From a virus (lineage: Duplodnaviria > Heunggongvirae > Uroviricota > Caudoviricetes), in IMG/VR virus record IMGVR_UViG_3300020426_000391: a DNA stretch of 64,000 nt. One strand, written 5' to 3'. The notes under the pieces were generated by a model. That model searched no databases. It worked only from the letters and a program-made list of their open reading frames with translations, and was not told where the DNA came from. Shown here piece after piece: positions 54,911-63,810 of the stretch (positions are counted from its first letter, which is position 1; each line of letters starts with the position of its first letter). Made by a program: the position numbers and the translations under genes.

Positions 54911-54988
54911 TGGATGTCCTTGTCGCAGATGCGGAGAAGGCGGCCGTGGCCGCCTTCTCGTGATTGATGGTCGTGTGTGGAGGAGGGC

Positions 54989-55966
54989 TCATCCGTATCC
55001 GTGATGCTGCTGTCCCATGACCTGATAGGCTGCCCGATTCATCTTCAGCCTGGCCTTGGCGATCACCCCTCCTGTCTCCTGTCCTTCGACGGCCAGACCG
55101 TCATCTCCGTATTCGATTCGACGAGGGTTTCTCTCCAGGAGGAGGTCGCGTTCTCTGCCCTCGCTATGCCACCTGAGCTTCTTTCCGTCCATGGTCTCGA
55201 ATTCCATGAATCTCATGTCGGGGCGAGACCTGTGTCCCTTTCCGATGCTCTGGACGTTTCTTCCGGAATGATGAACGGTAGGGCCCATGATCCCGTTCGT
55301 GTCGTTGTATCCGAGCAGCTGGAGACCCTTGACCTGGTCTCCTTCCTTCATGCCCTGATCGCTCATGTCGTAGCGCTCGTAGAGTCCCTTCATCTCTCCT
55401 GGGCGATACTTGACCATGTGATCCATGCTCCGGTGGTAGGAGGGAGCCGGATACTTCATCTCGGGGTTGTTCTCCTTCCAGGCCGGCACCTCGACGTAGA
55501 GTCCTTCCTTGTCACACTTGATGAACTGGTGGGCCCTGCCTTCCTTGTCGAAGTGGACGCCTTCAGGATGATCGGTGAGACCTGCATCACGTTCTGGTCC
55601 TTCCGCATGCCAGTTGACCCGGCGCGGATTGTTCCGATCGAGCTTCGCGAAGGAGCGGATACCGGAGTGGATCCTGCCCTCGTTGTCGAGAGTCGAATCC
55701 TTCCAGCTGACGACTCTGTCACCCGGCTTCAGTCCGCCGTCGCGCATATCTAGGGACTTTCCGACCTTGGCGACGTGGCCCGGCCGATGCCTGGTCCCGT
55801 TCGCCTCGACGTAGAGACCCTCCTCGTCCCTTTCGACGACGTAGGAATTAAGGAGTGCGCGGTTGTGCCTGGGATGCTGCTTGCGCGCCTCGGCCTTTTC
55901 GGCTTCGAGGGCCCGTCTGGCCTCTGATGGAGGTGCTGCCATGTCGTTCATCGGAAGGTCCGCCAT
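54989..55966 (-). CDS. hypothetical protein with internal repeats (KEGLYVE-type)
   Basis: Repeated EEGLYVEANG / KEGLYVEVPA blocks. Start MADLPMNDM. Confidence 0.45.
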   Translation of the reverse strand: MADLPMNDMAAPPSEARRALEAEKAEARKQHPRHNRALLNSYVVERDEEGLYVEANGTRHRPGHVAKVGKSLDMRDGGLKPGDRVVSWKDSTLDNEGRIHSGIRSFAKLDRNNPRRVNWHAEGPERDAGLTDHPEGVHFDKEGRAHQFIKCDKEGLYVEVPAWKENNPEMKYPAPSYHRSMDHMVKYRPGEMKGLYERYDMSDQGMKEGDQVKGLQLLGYNDTNGIMGPTVHHSGRNVQSIGKGHRSRPDMRFMEFETMDGKKLRWHSEGRERDLLLERNPRRIEYGDDGLAVEGQETGGVIAKARLKMNRAAYQVMGQQHHGYG

Positions 55967-56033
55967 ATGAAGGTGTGGATCGTTCCGAATTGTGCACCTT
56001 GCCCTTGTTGGGGTCAATGCATTTGAGGATGGA

Positions 56034-56540
56034 TCAGGCGGCCATCGAAAGCGGGATGGCCAGGGTGGCCGGAATGCCGGCACTGATTCGCAGGTGCTCG
56101 ATCGTTCCGGTGACGACGAGCATTCCCGGTCTGGCGATGACGCCGACGGGTTCGTCGATGCCTATCCAGCGGCACTGGTCGCAGGCGTCGGCATCGACGC
56201 AGATGTCGATCTCGGTGAATGCGATGTGTCCGGTCTCGGTCAGGAAATCGCCCAGATCACGATGTCCGTCATCGGGATGGAATACACCCGCATGGCTGGA
56301 CTTGACCCCGGTCACACGACCCCATGAGCCTGTCTCGGGGTCCTCGAGTTCGAGCGTATAACCGTTGTGGGGATCGATTCCTCTTGCCTCCAGTGCCGCG
56401 AGAAGACGCTGGAAGAGCCCCGGCTTGAGATAGCGCCCGGGATCCCCGATCTGGTATCTGTTGTCCTGCTTGACAGGATGCACGGCGATGCCTCCGCTTG
56501 CCAGACTGGCATTGTCCCTCATTCGGTCCGGATTTGCCAT
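56034..56540 (-). CDS. hypothetical protein
   Basis: Internal start MANPDRMRDN. Confidence 0.35.
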   Translation of the reverse strand: MANPDRMRDNASLASGGIAVHPVKQDNRYQIGDPGRYLKPGLFQRLLAALEARGIDPHNGYTLELEDPETGSWGRVTGVKSSHAGVFHPDDGHRDLGDFLTETGHIAFTEIDICVDADACDQCRWIGIDEPVGVIARPGMLVVTGTIEHLRISAGIPATLAIPLSMAA

Positions 56541-56572
56541 CCTGATTTTCCCTTCCTCTGGATCATTCGCCC

Positions 56573-57334
56573 TCACCCATGGCGATGACGCTCCATCGCT
56601 AGGTCCTGGAAGTCGCTCCATGTCGCTATCCACCATGGATCCTCGCCGGCGGGTGGCTCCTCGATCGGGACGAGATCACCCCAGACGGTCAGCCTCGTCG
56701 TTCCTTCGTTCGGTCGGTCGACTGCGGAGGAGATGAGCAGATCAGCGATGTCAGCCGGACAGTCCATCACCTCGGCGAGAGATCGTCCGACGATCCCGGT
56801 CCTCGTGGTGTCGGTCATGGGCTGGACATCGAGACTCGAGTAGGTTCCGCGCGCACGGATCTTCAGACCGTTTCCGAACCGCAGCATCTTTACCTCGAGA
56901 TGGAGACCCGTCTTTTCTCCGAGGAGATGTTCCTCCCTTTCTTCGGGTCTCCATGCCGGGCTCCGGGATTCCTTGACGATCTCCTCGGGGCTGTAGGAAC
57001 TCCTGTCGATCGCGAACCCGACGAGCGGGTGGACGCCTGTCGCCCAGAGCGGTGGCGGCCCCTGGAAGCGGTCATGGGCGTGCTGCAGTGCCAAGTGTGC
57101 GCGTGCCAGAACGCCGAGGATGTGCTCGATCCGATCGATCTCCATCGCGCAGTCCTCGTCCAGGTGTTCCGGACCGGGGCTCATCGTGAGAGGCCACAGT
57201 GGAAGACGCGGAGTCTCCACATGGATGTTCACGTGCGCTATGCGGTTCTCGATCGTCGCGAACGACGGGTCGAGACCGACTTCGTCGCAGACCCTTTTTG
57301 CCGTGGCATCGAGGATCGTCTGTATTTCCTTCAT
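56573..57334 (-). CDS. hypothetical protein (about 253 aa)
   Basis: Internal start MKEIQTILDAT, just downstream of a terminator. Confidence 0.45.
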   Translation of the reverse strand: MKEIQTILDATAKRVCDEVGLDPSFATIENRIAHVNIHVETPRLPLWPLTMSPGPEHLDEDCAMEIDRIEHILGVLARAHLALQHAHDRFQGPPPLWATGVHPLVGFAIDRSSYSPEEIVKESRSPAWRPEEREEHLLGEKTGLHLEVKMLRFGNGLKIRARGTYSSLDVQPMTDTTRTGIVGRSLAEVMDCPADIADLLISSAVDRPNEGTTRLTVWGDLVPIEEPPAGEDPWWIATWSDFQDLAMERHRHG

Positions 57335-57358
57335 GCGATGCTCCTCCGGATGCGGACC

Positions 57359-57385
57359 AAAAAAAAGCGAGCCACATCGGCTCGC
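57359..57385 (-). terminator. rho-independent terminator (minus strand)
   Basis: a8 then hairpin gcgagccacatcggctcgc; GCATCC motif on the minus strand. Confidence 0.55.
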
Positions 57386-57405
57386 AGGTCTCGTGTTTTT
57401 CCTTC

Positions 57406-58242
57406 TCAGGACCCGGTGTCGGTATTGATGCCCGCACTGGTCATGACGCGTGCCATCAGTTCGAACGCCTCCTCCATGTCGATGGTGGGGCTGCGGATGC
57501 TGAGTTCCGTGCTTTCCCGTGAGAGGACATGTCCCGTGATGATCGCTTCCACTTCGTCGAATCCCGGAATGGAGATGAGCTGGTGCAGGGGACCGTTCTT
57601 CTTGGATGTGAGGACCGTCTCCGGGATGCGCCTGTTCACCCGTAGTCGGTCGTTGGTCATCCGACCGACATCTCCGAGCCTGAACTCGGGGATCAGGATG
57701 CGCTTCCCCGGAAGTCGGAACTCCTCGTGAGGCCTGTCGGCCCCCCGCCATCTGAGCTTCTCGTCGTTCTTCCGGTGTTTCCAGCCGCGTGGAGTTATCG
57801 TTGCGGCACAGCGTCTGCTCACTGGATACCCGAGATGATCCCTTACGCTCTTCCAGCCGGCACTTCCGTCTTCCGCCCTGTAGGTCGCGATGAGTGCGGC
57901 CGAAGTCGCATGGATGGTGAGATTCCTCCGCTCTTCGATGACGCTGGCTGCTGCCGCCTCGAAGCTGGTCATGGCCAACTCCAAGGCCTTTTCTGCATCA
58001 TTTCCGTCGAACGGGATGTTGCCGAAGTCGAGATCGACGTCGATTCGGGAGAGATCCCTGATGAGCCGAATCGTGAGTCCCTTGGCTATGCGGTCACCGT
58101 GATCCCAGCACTGGGTCCAGATGGTCTCCACGTCGAGTCCCATGTGGGCCGGAGGGAGGCACCGATCGGCGGCCTTTCTCACTGCATCCTCGGCGAAGGA
58201 GGGATCGAAGGGAGGCTCGAACTCCCCCTCCTCCTCAGCCAT
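57406..58242 (-). CDS. hypothetical protein (278 aa)
   Basis: Track ORF. Confidence 0.45.
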   Translation of the reverse strand: MAEEEGEFEPPFDPSFAEDAVRKAADRCLPPAHMGLDVETIWTQCWDHGDRIAKGLTIRLIRDLSRIDVDLDFGNIPFDGNDAEKALELAMTSFEAAAASVIEERRNLTIHATSAALIATYRAEDGSAGWKSVRDHLGYPVSRRCAATITPRGWKHRKNDEKLRWRGADRPHEEFRLPGKRILIPEFRLGDVGRMTNDRLRVNRRIPETVLTSKKNGPLHQLISIPGFDEVEAIITGHVLSRESTELSIRSPTIDMEEAFELMARVMTSAGINTDTGS

Positions 58243-58621
58243 TCGTCGTCAGCCTCTCGATGAGGGCCTTCTTCTTCGCGTCGGTCTGTCCGTTGCGCTT
58301 CCACAGCTTCTTGACGCTTCGCGAGATCTTCATCTCCTGCCAGGTGCTCTTGGAGAGGGATCGCCCGTTCGCCCTCAGGCTGCCGTAGCTTGCGGCCTTG
58401 AAGACGTCGTCTGCCGCCTCGATGGAGCTGTCGCACTCGACGGTGAAGGAATCGGGGTTGTCACGGACTCGTTCGAGATAGATCCTCACCAGTTCGGTAT
58501 CCTCGGGATATCTGCGGCGATGGATGAGGTTCCCGATGGTGAGCGGGAGGACGATCACCGGCAGCACGAAGACCAGGATGATCAGACCGAGGAAGGCGAT
58601 CAGCTCGAGGATGATGTTCAT
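58235..58621 (-). CDS. small membrane-anchored protein
   Basis: MNIILELIAFLGLIILVFVLPVIVLPL TM segment. Confidence 0.45.
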   Translation of the reverse strand: MNIILELIAFLGLIILVFVLPVIVLPLTIGNLIHRRRYPEDTELVRIYLERVRDNPDSFTVECDSSIEAADDVFKAASYGSLRANGRSLSKSTWQEMKISRSVKKLWKRNGQTDAKKKALIERLTTNG

Positions 58622-59493
58622 TTGCGTTTTTCCTTCGTTATGCGGTCGTTTTCCGTCCACCGGTCGATGTCGATGAAGGCGGCCTCCCCGCGTTTATAGG
58701 AGGCGATGTCGATCCAACTCCGGTTCCCCCATGTCAGCGGCTCCTTCAGGATCGTGTGGCCATGGAAGACGTGATCGATGTTCTCCACGATGTCCGAGGG
58801 GCGGGGCCGTGACCTGCTTGCGTGTTCGTGCTTGATGCGTCGGATCTCATCGCGCTCCCACATGGCGTCGCTGGCGATGAAGCCGTCCGGACCCTGCTCC
58901 TGCAGAATGCCGGTGAACGGGTTCCAGTCGAGCCTGCCGTGGATGCGTCGCACCTCACCATGGACGATACCGATCCTGTTGCCGGCGGGAGTTGTGATGG
59001 TGAGCGCTATGGGTGCCCCGCAGACGGCGGCGACGATTCTGCGCCCGCGCCGGTCCATGAGGAGGTTGCCGTCCGCATCCCTGTCGTCATCATCCCCGTC
59101 TCCGTCCTGCGGGAGATGATCGAGGATCCAGCTGCCGCCGTTCCTTATGAGATCGACCGGACTGATGCCTCCGTTCCTGGGACGCACGGCATCCTCGAGC
59201 ATCTGCTCGTGATTGCCCTTGACGAAGACGAGGTTGTCCGTATGCCGATCGATGAACTTGGCGACCTTCGTCGTGTGATCTCCTCGGTCCAGCCAGTCCC
59301 CGAGACCGATCATGCGATCTCCGGCCTCGTGATCGTAGTCGACCTTTTTCATGGCACGCCGGATCGGATCGATGTTCCCGTGGACGTCTCCGAACACGAA
59401 GATCCTCCGTGCGGATCCGTAGTCCAGTTCGATATGGGCGGACTGCTGCTCGAACGTGGCCGCGGCGTATGCGGGCTCGTCCTTGTTGTTCAT
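58618..59493 (-). CDS. metallophosphoesterase (PPP-family Ser/Thr phosphatase, lambda-phosphatase-like)
   Basis: GDVHG, GDWLDRG and GNHE motifs. Confidence 0.8.
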   Translation of the reverse strand: MNNKDEPAYAAATFEQQSAHIELDYGSARRIFVFGDVHGNIDPIRRAMKKVDYDHEAGDRMIGLGDWLDRGDHTTKVAKFIDRHTDNLVFVKGNHEQMLEDAVRPRNGGISPVDLIRNGGSWILDHLPQDGDGDDDDRDADGNLLMDRRGRRIVAAVCGAPIALTITTPAGNRIGIVHGEVRRIHGRLDWNPFTGILQEQGPDGFIASDAMWERDEIRRIKHEHASRSRPRPSDIVENIDHVFHGHTILKEPLTWGNRSWIDIASYKRGEAAFIDIDRWTENDRITKEKRK

Positions 59494-59506
59494 TGCTCTT
59501 TTCCTG

Positions 59507-60361
59507 TCACATGGTCATCCATGAATCATCGAAGCCGTCGGGCGCCTCCGCCATTGCCTCCTCGCTCGGATGCAGGGTCATGCTCAGAACCGTCTCTCCA
59601 TCATGATCGATGATGCGTCGGACACTCTGGATGAGGACATCCTCGTTTCCCTCGATGAACGGCGCATCGACCACCTCACCGATCCTCCTTCCCGGAAGTG
59701 CCAGCGTCACCGCTTCGGGCAGTGGCCGCTTGATCTCCAGTCTCACCGTGCGATCGGTCTGGTTCGAGAACAGCTTCACATCGCGCGACGCGTTCTGGAT
59801 CCCGGCGCACACCGCGTATCCGTCTATGAAATACCATTCGCCGACATCGACGCCCTTCGGCGGGTGAAGCGTATTCATGTATGCCGCTTCACCTTGTATC
59901 GAGAGATCGCATCCCTCCTTTTCGAGCCATCTCTTCGTGACCGAGTGGATCGTATGCGTCCAGGGGTCTCTCTCGCAGGTTCCCCGGTGCGATAGCATGG
60001 CACGATATCGACGCGTCGCACGGATGGACCGCTCGACATAGGATCTGAAGAGATGTTCGCCCTCGAATGCGTCACGTGGCTGCTGGATCTCGCTATGCCT
60101 GTCGGCCCTCCTGCGAAGGAGTTCCTTGAGATTGACGGTCTCCTTGGGTTCGATGTTAGTCGGCGTCGAAAGGACTAGCGTGACGTTCTTGCGGCATTCG
60201 TTGGATGGCGCGCTGCGCACGAGTGTCACGGATGATTCGTTGGTCCTCTCGATTGAGATGTCATGATGCTCGAGTCCGGCATCACGGAATCGCCGGGATA
60301 TCTCGGCGTCGAGATCGGTGGCGAAGTCGCCCGTGCGGCGATCTGCTTCCTGGATCTTCAT
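59507..60361 (-). CDS. hypothetical protein (about 284 aa)
   Basis: Internal start MKIQEADRRTG. Confidence 0.4.
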   Translation of the reverse strand: MKIQEADRRTGDFATDLDAEISRRFRDAGLEHHDISIERTNESSVTLVRSAPSNECRKNVTLVLSTPTNIEPKETVNLKELLRRRADRHSEIQQPRDAFEGEHLFRSYVERSIRATRRYRAMLSHRGTCERDPWTHTIHSVTKRWLEKEGCDLSIQGEAAYMNTLHPPKGVDVGEWYFIDGYAVCAGIQNASRDVKLFSNQTDRTVRLEIKRPLPEAVTLALPGRRIGEVVDAPFIEGNEDVLIQSVRRIIDHDGETVLSMTLHPSEEAMAEAPDGFDDSWMTM

Positions 60362-61458
60362 CGTCTTTTCCACCACTCCTTCCTGGCAGGAACCGCCTCG
60401 TATCTCCGCTCGGGCCAGAGAAGCGCTGTAAGATCCCCGCCGAACACGCATCCGGTGTCGATGGCGATGACGTTGTTCAATTCGCGTGGGGCGTCGTGGA
60501 CCACATGACCATGCACGACGGTGGCCTCACCCGTGTATTCCTCCGCCCAGTCGATCGAGAGCGGGTATCCATCCGCATCGACGCCGCCGCATTCGGATGG
60601 CTTTCCGTAGAGGGCGAAGCTGTGCGCTCCCCCTGTCATGCGGCCTTGATACTCCTCATCGATGCCGGCATGGGCGACGACGAGACGCCCACCGTCCAGA
60701 AGATAGTGTGCTTCTGCAGAGAGCATCCATGCTCCCCAGTCCGCACGCTCCTCATGAGTCATGCCAGCGAACTCGTCGATGGTCGGCTGTTGTCCCGGAC
60801 CGACCTTGACATCCCTGCCGTTCAACCATTTCCCGATCTTGGCGTCGTGGTTGCCGAGGACACGCAGACCTCCTTGCTCCTCCAGGCGGCGAGCCATTCG
60901 CATGACGGCCAGATTCATGGGTCCGCGATCGACCAGGTCCCCGAGCAGGACGGTCCTCCGCCCGCTCTCGTGCTTGCGGATGGAGGTGTGGAACTCGTCA
61001 GGACCGCCTTGCTCCCATCCGCTCTCCATGTAGCCCAGCCTCTCGAGGAGATCCCCGAATTCCAGCGCGCATCCATGGATGTCACCGATCAGGTCGAAAG
61101 GTCCCTCGTCGCTGCGCCTGTCGAGAGCCATCGGCGCGAAGCGACAGGGAAGATCGATCCGTTCGGCGCATGCCTCCCACTTGTCTTCCAGGACATACGG
61201 GACGAAGCCCTTCTTGCGCGCGCGCGATGCTATCGCCTTGACGGTCTTCTCGTATGGCAGTGCCATCGTGACCATGAGACGCGGATTGGAATCCAGGAGT
61301 TCTCCCAGCTTCACCAGCGACTCATCGGGTCTCTGTGCGTCCCATTCGTAGATCACCGGCTCGCCCCAGAGAGACATTGCCTTCAGGACCTCTGCGCGGT
61401 TTCCGTCGGGGAGTGTCGACATGACGACCGATCGTTCACAAGGCGTGGTGGTCGTCAT
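60358..61458 (-). CDS. metallophosphoesterase with an N-terminal extra domain
   Basis: GDIHGC, GDLVDRGP and GNHD motifs. Start taken at MTTTTPCERS to clear the upstream gene. Confidence 0.7.
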   Translation of the reverse strand: MTTTTPCERSVVMSTLPDGNRAEVLKAMSLWGEPVIYEWDAQRPDESLVKLGELLDSNPRLMVTMALPYEKTVKAIASRARKKGFVPYVLEDKWEACAERIDLPCRFAPMALDRRSDEGPFDLIGDIHGCALEFGDLLERLGYMESGWEQGGPDEFHTSIRKHESGRRTVLLGDLVDRGPMNLAVMRMARRLEEQGGLRVLGNHDAKIGKWLNGRDVKVGPGQQPTIDEFAGMTHEERADWGAWMLSAEAHYLLDGGRLVVAHAGIDEEYQGRMTGGAHSFALYGKPSECGGVDADGYPLSIDWAEEYTGEATVVHGHVVHDAPRELNNVIAIDTGCVFGGDLTALLWPERRYEAVPARKEWWKRR

Positions 61459-61471
61459 GGATTTTTCCCTT

Positions 61472-61705
61472 CTAATGCTTGGTCGATACTCCTGTCCCGT
61501 CACGGGAGGAATCATCGAAGAGGTCCTCGACACTCTGGCCGAGGACCCTCGATATTCTCATTGCACTGCGCAGCTTCGGAAGCCCGGCTCCGCGTTCTAT
61601 CGTGTTTATGGCCTGACGCGACAATCCCACCTTGTCACCGAGCGCTCCCTGGGAGAGACCGGCATCCTGCCGCGCCTGGATCATGAGGGTCCGTGTCTCG
61701 CCCAT
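61472..61705 (-). CDS. XRE-family HTH transcriptional regulator
   Basis: LSQGALGDKVGLSRQAINTIERG helix-turn-helix. Confidence 0.8.
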   Translation of the reverse strand: MGETRTLMIQARQDAGLSQGALGDKVGLSRQAINTIERGAGLPKLRSAMRISRVLGQSVEDLFDDSSRDGTGVSTKH

Positions 61706-61712
61706 TTCGGCG

Positions 61713-61964
61713 TCAGGCCGCCTTGGCGACAGGGATCCGAATCTTGGCGAGAATCACGTCCGACAGGTCCGCTACGCCTTCGAGACCGGCGAACTCGCCG
61801 CAGTTGACGATGACGTCATGCTCGTCCTCGACGCCGGCCACCATCGAATACAGACCCAGCGAGTCGATATCCATGTCCTCGAACCTGGTCGCTCCGTCCA
61901 GCGGGCACCGGGTGCCTTGTTCCCGAAGATGCCGATGGATGCTCTCGATTACCGCTTCCTTCAT
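61713..61964 (-). CDS. acyl/peptidyl carrier protein-like (phosphopantetheine attachment site)
   Basis: DSLGLYSMV matches the DSL serine motif of PP-binding domains. Confidence 0.55.
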   Translation of the reverse strand: MKEAVIESIHRHLREQGTRCPLDGATRFEDMDIDSLGLYSMVAGVEDEHDVIVNCGEFAGLEGVADLSDVILAKIRIPVAKAA

Positions 61965-62033
61965 GTTCCCCTCCTGCTTGCCTTGTGGGAGCGATGTTTG
62001 TGCATCAGAAGCAAGTGGTTGTCGAGACTGTTT

Positions 62034-62492
62034 TCAGGATGGATTAAGATTGTCCACCGTTGGGCGGGACCGCATGAGGATGTCGATGGCGCTGTCCGCA
62101 TCGTCTGCCGTGATGCCGACATCCGGATCGATGGCTATCCGGTCGTGATGCGGAAGCGCGAAGTCGTCGTCTATGACGACATGTCGGCTTATGTGATTCG
62201 CGGCCATGTGGGCGTCTATTTCTTGTCCGCGGACGGGAAGGTCCGGATCGAGGTCGTCACCCCTGATGAAGGGGGTCCGGTCCGGACAGGATCGGGTGAT
62301 GAACCCTTGGAGACCGAGATCGGAGAGCAGGTGGAGGACGTCGTCGCTTATGCGCCGTTGTGAGCTCACCACGATCATGCAACCGGTGGCTCTGCATATG
62401 TCGGCGACGTATGACGCCCTGCGCCTGACGTCGGGGTCGTCGTTTCCGTCTCCCGGTAGGATGAGGACGCCGTCTATGTCGAGATAGATCAT
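62034..62492 (-). CDS. HAD-superfamily hydrolase-like protein (about 152 aa)
   Basis: Motif I MIYLDIDGVL (DxDG[TV]). Start at residue 128 of track ORF 62034..62873. Confidence 0.5.
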   Translation of the reverse strand: MIYLDIDGVLILPGDGNDDPDVRRRASYVADICRATGCMIVVSSQRRISDDVLHLLSDLGLQGFITRSCPDRTPFIRGDDLDPDLPVRGQEIDAHMAANHISRHVVIDDDFALPHHDRIAIDPDVGITADDADSAIDILMRSRPTVDNLNPS

Positions 62493-62515
62493 GGTCCTTT
62501 TTCCCTTCTGTTCGT

Positions 62516-62722
62516 TCAGTTGCCGGCGGCGTGCTCCTCGCGATGCTTGCGGATGGAGCGTTCTTCGCCTTCCGACATTATCTCCCCGACCTTGTGCATG
62601 GACTGGTCGATCACCCATCGCGCGGTCTCGCTGAAGAGGGCCAGGACCGCGAAGATCATGAATATGAAGGCGAGCATGATCGCGCAGAGCGACATCATGC
62701 AGACATCCTTGAGTTGTTTCAT
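62516..62722 (-). CDS. small membrane protein (about 68 aa)
   Basis: MKQLKDVCMMSLCAIMLAFIFMIFAVLALF. Confidence 0.4.
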   Translation of the reverse strand: MKQLKDVCMMSLCAIMLAFIFMIFAVLALFSETARWVIDQSMHKVGEIMSEGEERSIRKHREEHAAGN

Positions 62723-62781
62723 GTTCCTGTTCTCCTTGGCTGGATGATAGTAGTCTTGGTCGAGGAGCACCATCCTGAAAA

Positions 62782-63750
62782 TCAGGATACGGGATATCGC
62801 GTGCCGAAGCAGAGACGGGTCTCGTCGTCACCCCGGTTCGTCTCGAGGAAGATCGTAGAGATCTCGTTTCCACGTCCGTCCCTGTTTCTCTCGTTGCGCA
62901 TTATCCCGCGCACCCTGAGTCCCCACCCGTGGAGACGCGTGTCATTCACGACCTGCTCCAGACTCTTTCCGGTGAGACTGAGGACGGTGGATTCGGGAAT
63001 GGCCGGTATATTGAGCTTCAGGACCGACCCCTCGATGCTGTAGCGCGAGTTGAAGCGGCAGTTGCTGGTGATCCTGATACCCTCGTAGCACCTGCTCGAA
63101 CCGATCTCGGTCTTCGCGATGGCGGAGTATGTCTGCTTGTCGTCATATTCCCAGTGGGCAGTTCCTGAGATCATGTCCTGGCCTGGCTCCGAGAGACGCT
63201 CATGTCCCTTTCGGATGAACGTAAGGGCACTTCCTGCGGGCATGCGGCGTTCGGCGAGAGCCGCTGCGATCTCGTCCCTGACCGCGTCGGCGGTGGACAT
63301 GTCCTCGCCCTTGCCCTTCATCCCCTCGAGCGCGAGGACCCATGCCGTGAATCCGTCCGTCTCGATGATCTCCCCGCAGACGCAGCGTCGGAGTTCCTTC
63401 TCGTATCGGGCGGCGATACCGTCATGCCATGGGTGATACCCTTCGTCCACGCCGGGAAGCCTGAAGCACTGGGATATCTCCCATAGGGATTCCCGTGGTC
63501 TCTCGTAGTCGATTCGCAGAGGATGGACGATGTCGTCGTCGAGCTTGAGGACGTTATGACCGTTCTCGATGTCCATGGTGAAGAAGGGGACGACCGCGAG
63601 GATGCCGTTCTGGTGGAGGACCTCGAAGGGATCCTCGATGTCCTCGTGCTTCTCGACGTATCTCTGGAGTGCGCGGGCCTTCCTGTCCAGATCCGTGAGA
63701 ACGTCCATGCGCGCGACTATCTGGTCACGCGTGCCGACTGATGGGCGCAT
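62782..63750 (-). CDS. hypothetical protein (about 322 aa)
   Basis: Internal start MRPSVGTRDQIV. Confidence 0.45.
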   Translation of the reverse strand: MRPSVGTRDQIVARMDVLTDLDRKARALQRYVEKHEDIEDPFEVLHQNGILAVVPFFTMDIENGHNVLKLDDDIVHPLRIDYERPRESLWEISQCFRLPGVDEGYHPWHDGIAARYEKELRRCVCGEIIETDGFTAWVLALEGMKGKGEDMSTADAVRDEIAAALAERRMPAGSALTFIRKGHERLSEPGQDMISGTAHWEYDDKQTYSAIAKTEIGSSRCYEGIRITSNCRFNSRYSIEGSVLKLNIPAIPESTVLSLTGKSLEQVVNDTRLHGWGLRVRGIMRNERNRDGRGNEISTIFLETNRGDDETRLCFGTRYPVS

Positions 63751-63810
63751 GGCTGTCTCCTTTTTGGGATGGAGCGTTGAAGCGGGCGTTGCGACGCCCG
63801 GATGGATCAG

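Noticed and set aside
60205-61686. 493-aa plus-strand ORF, and similar long plus ORFs at 11463..12608, 8589..9590 and 15320..16129
   Set aside because: All overlap minus-strand genes that have recognisable catalytic motifs or coherent operon overlaps. They have the skewed amino-acid composition of antisense GC-rich frames.
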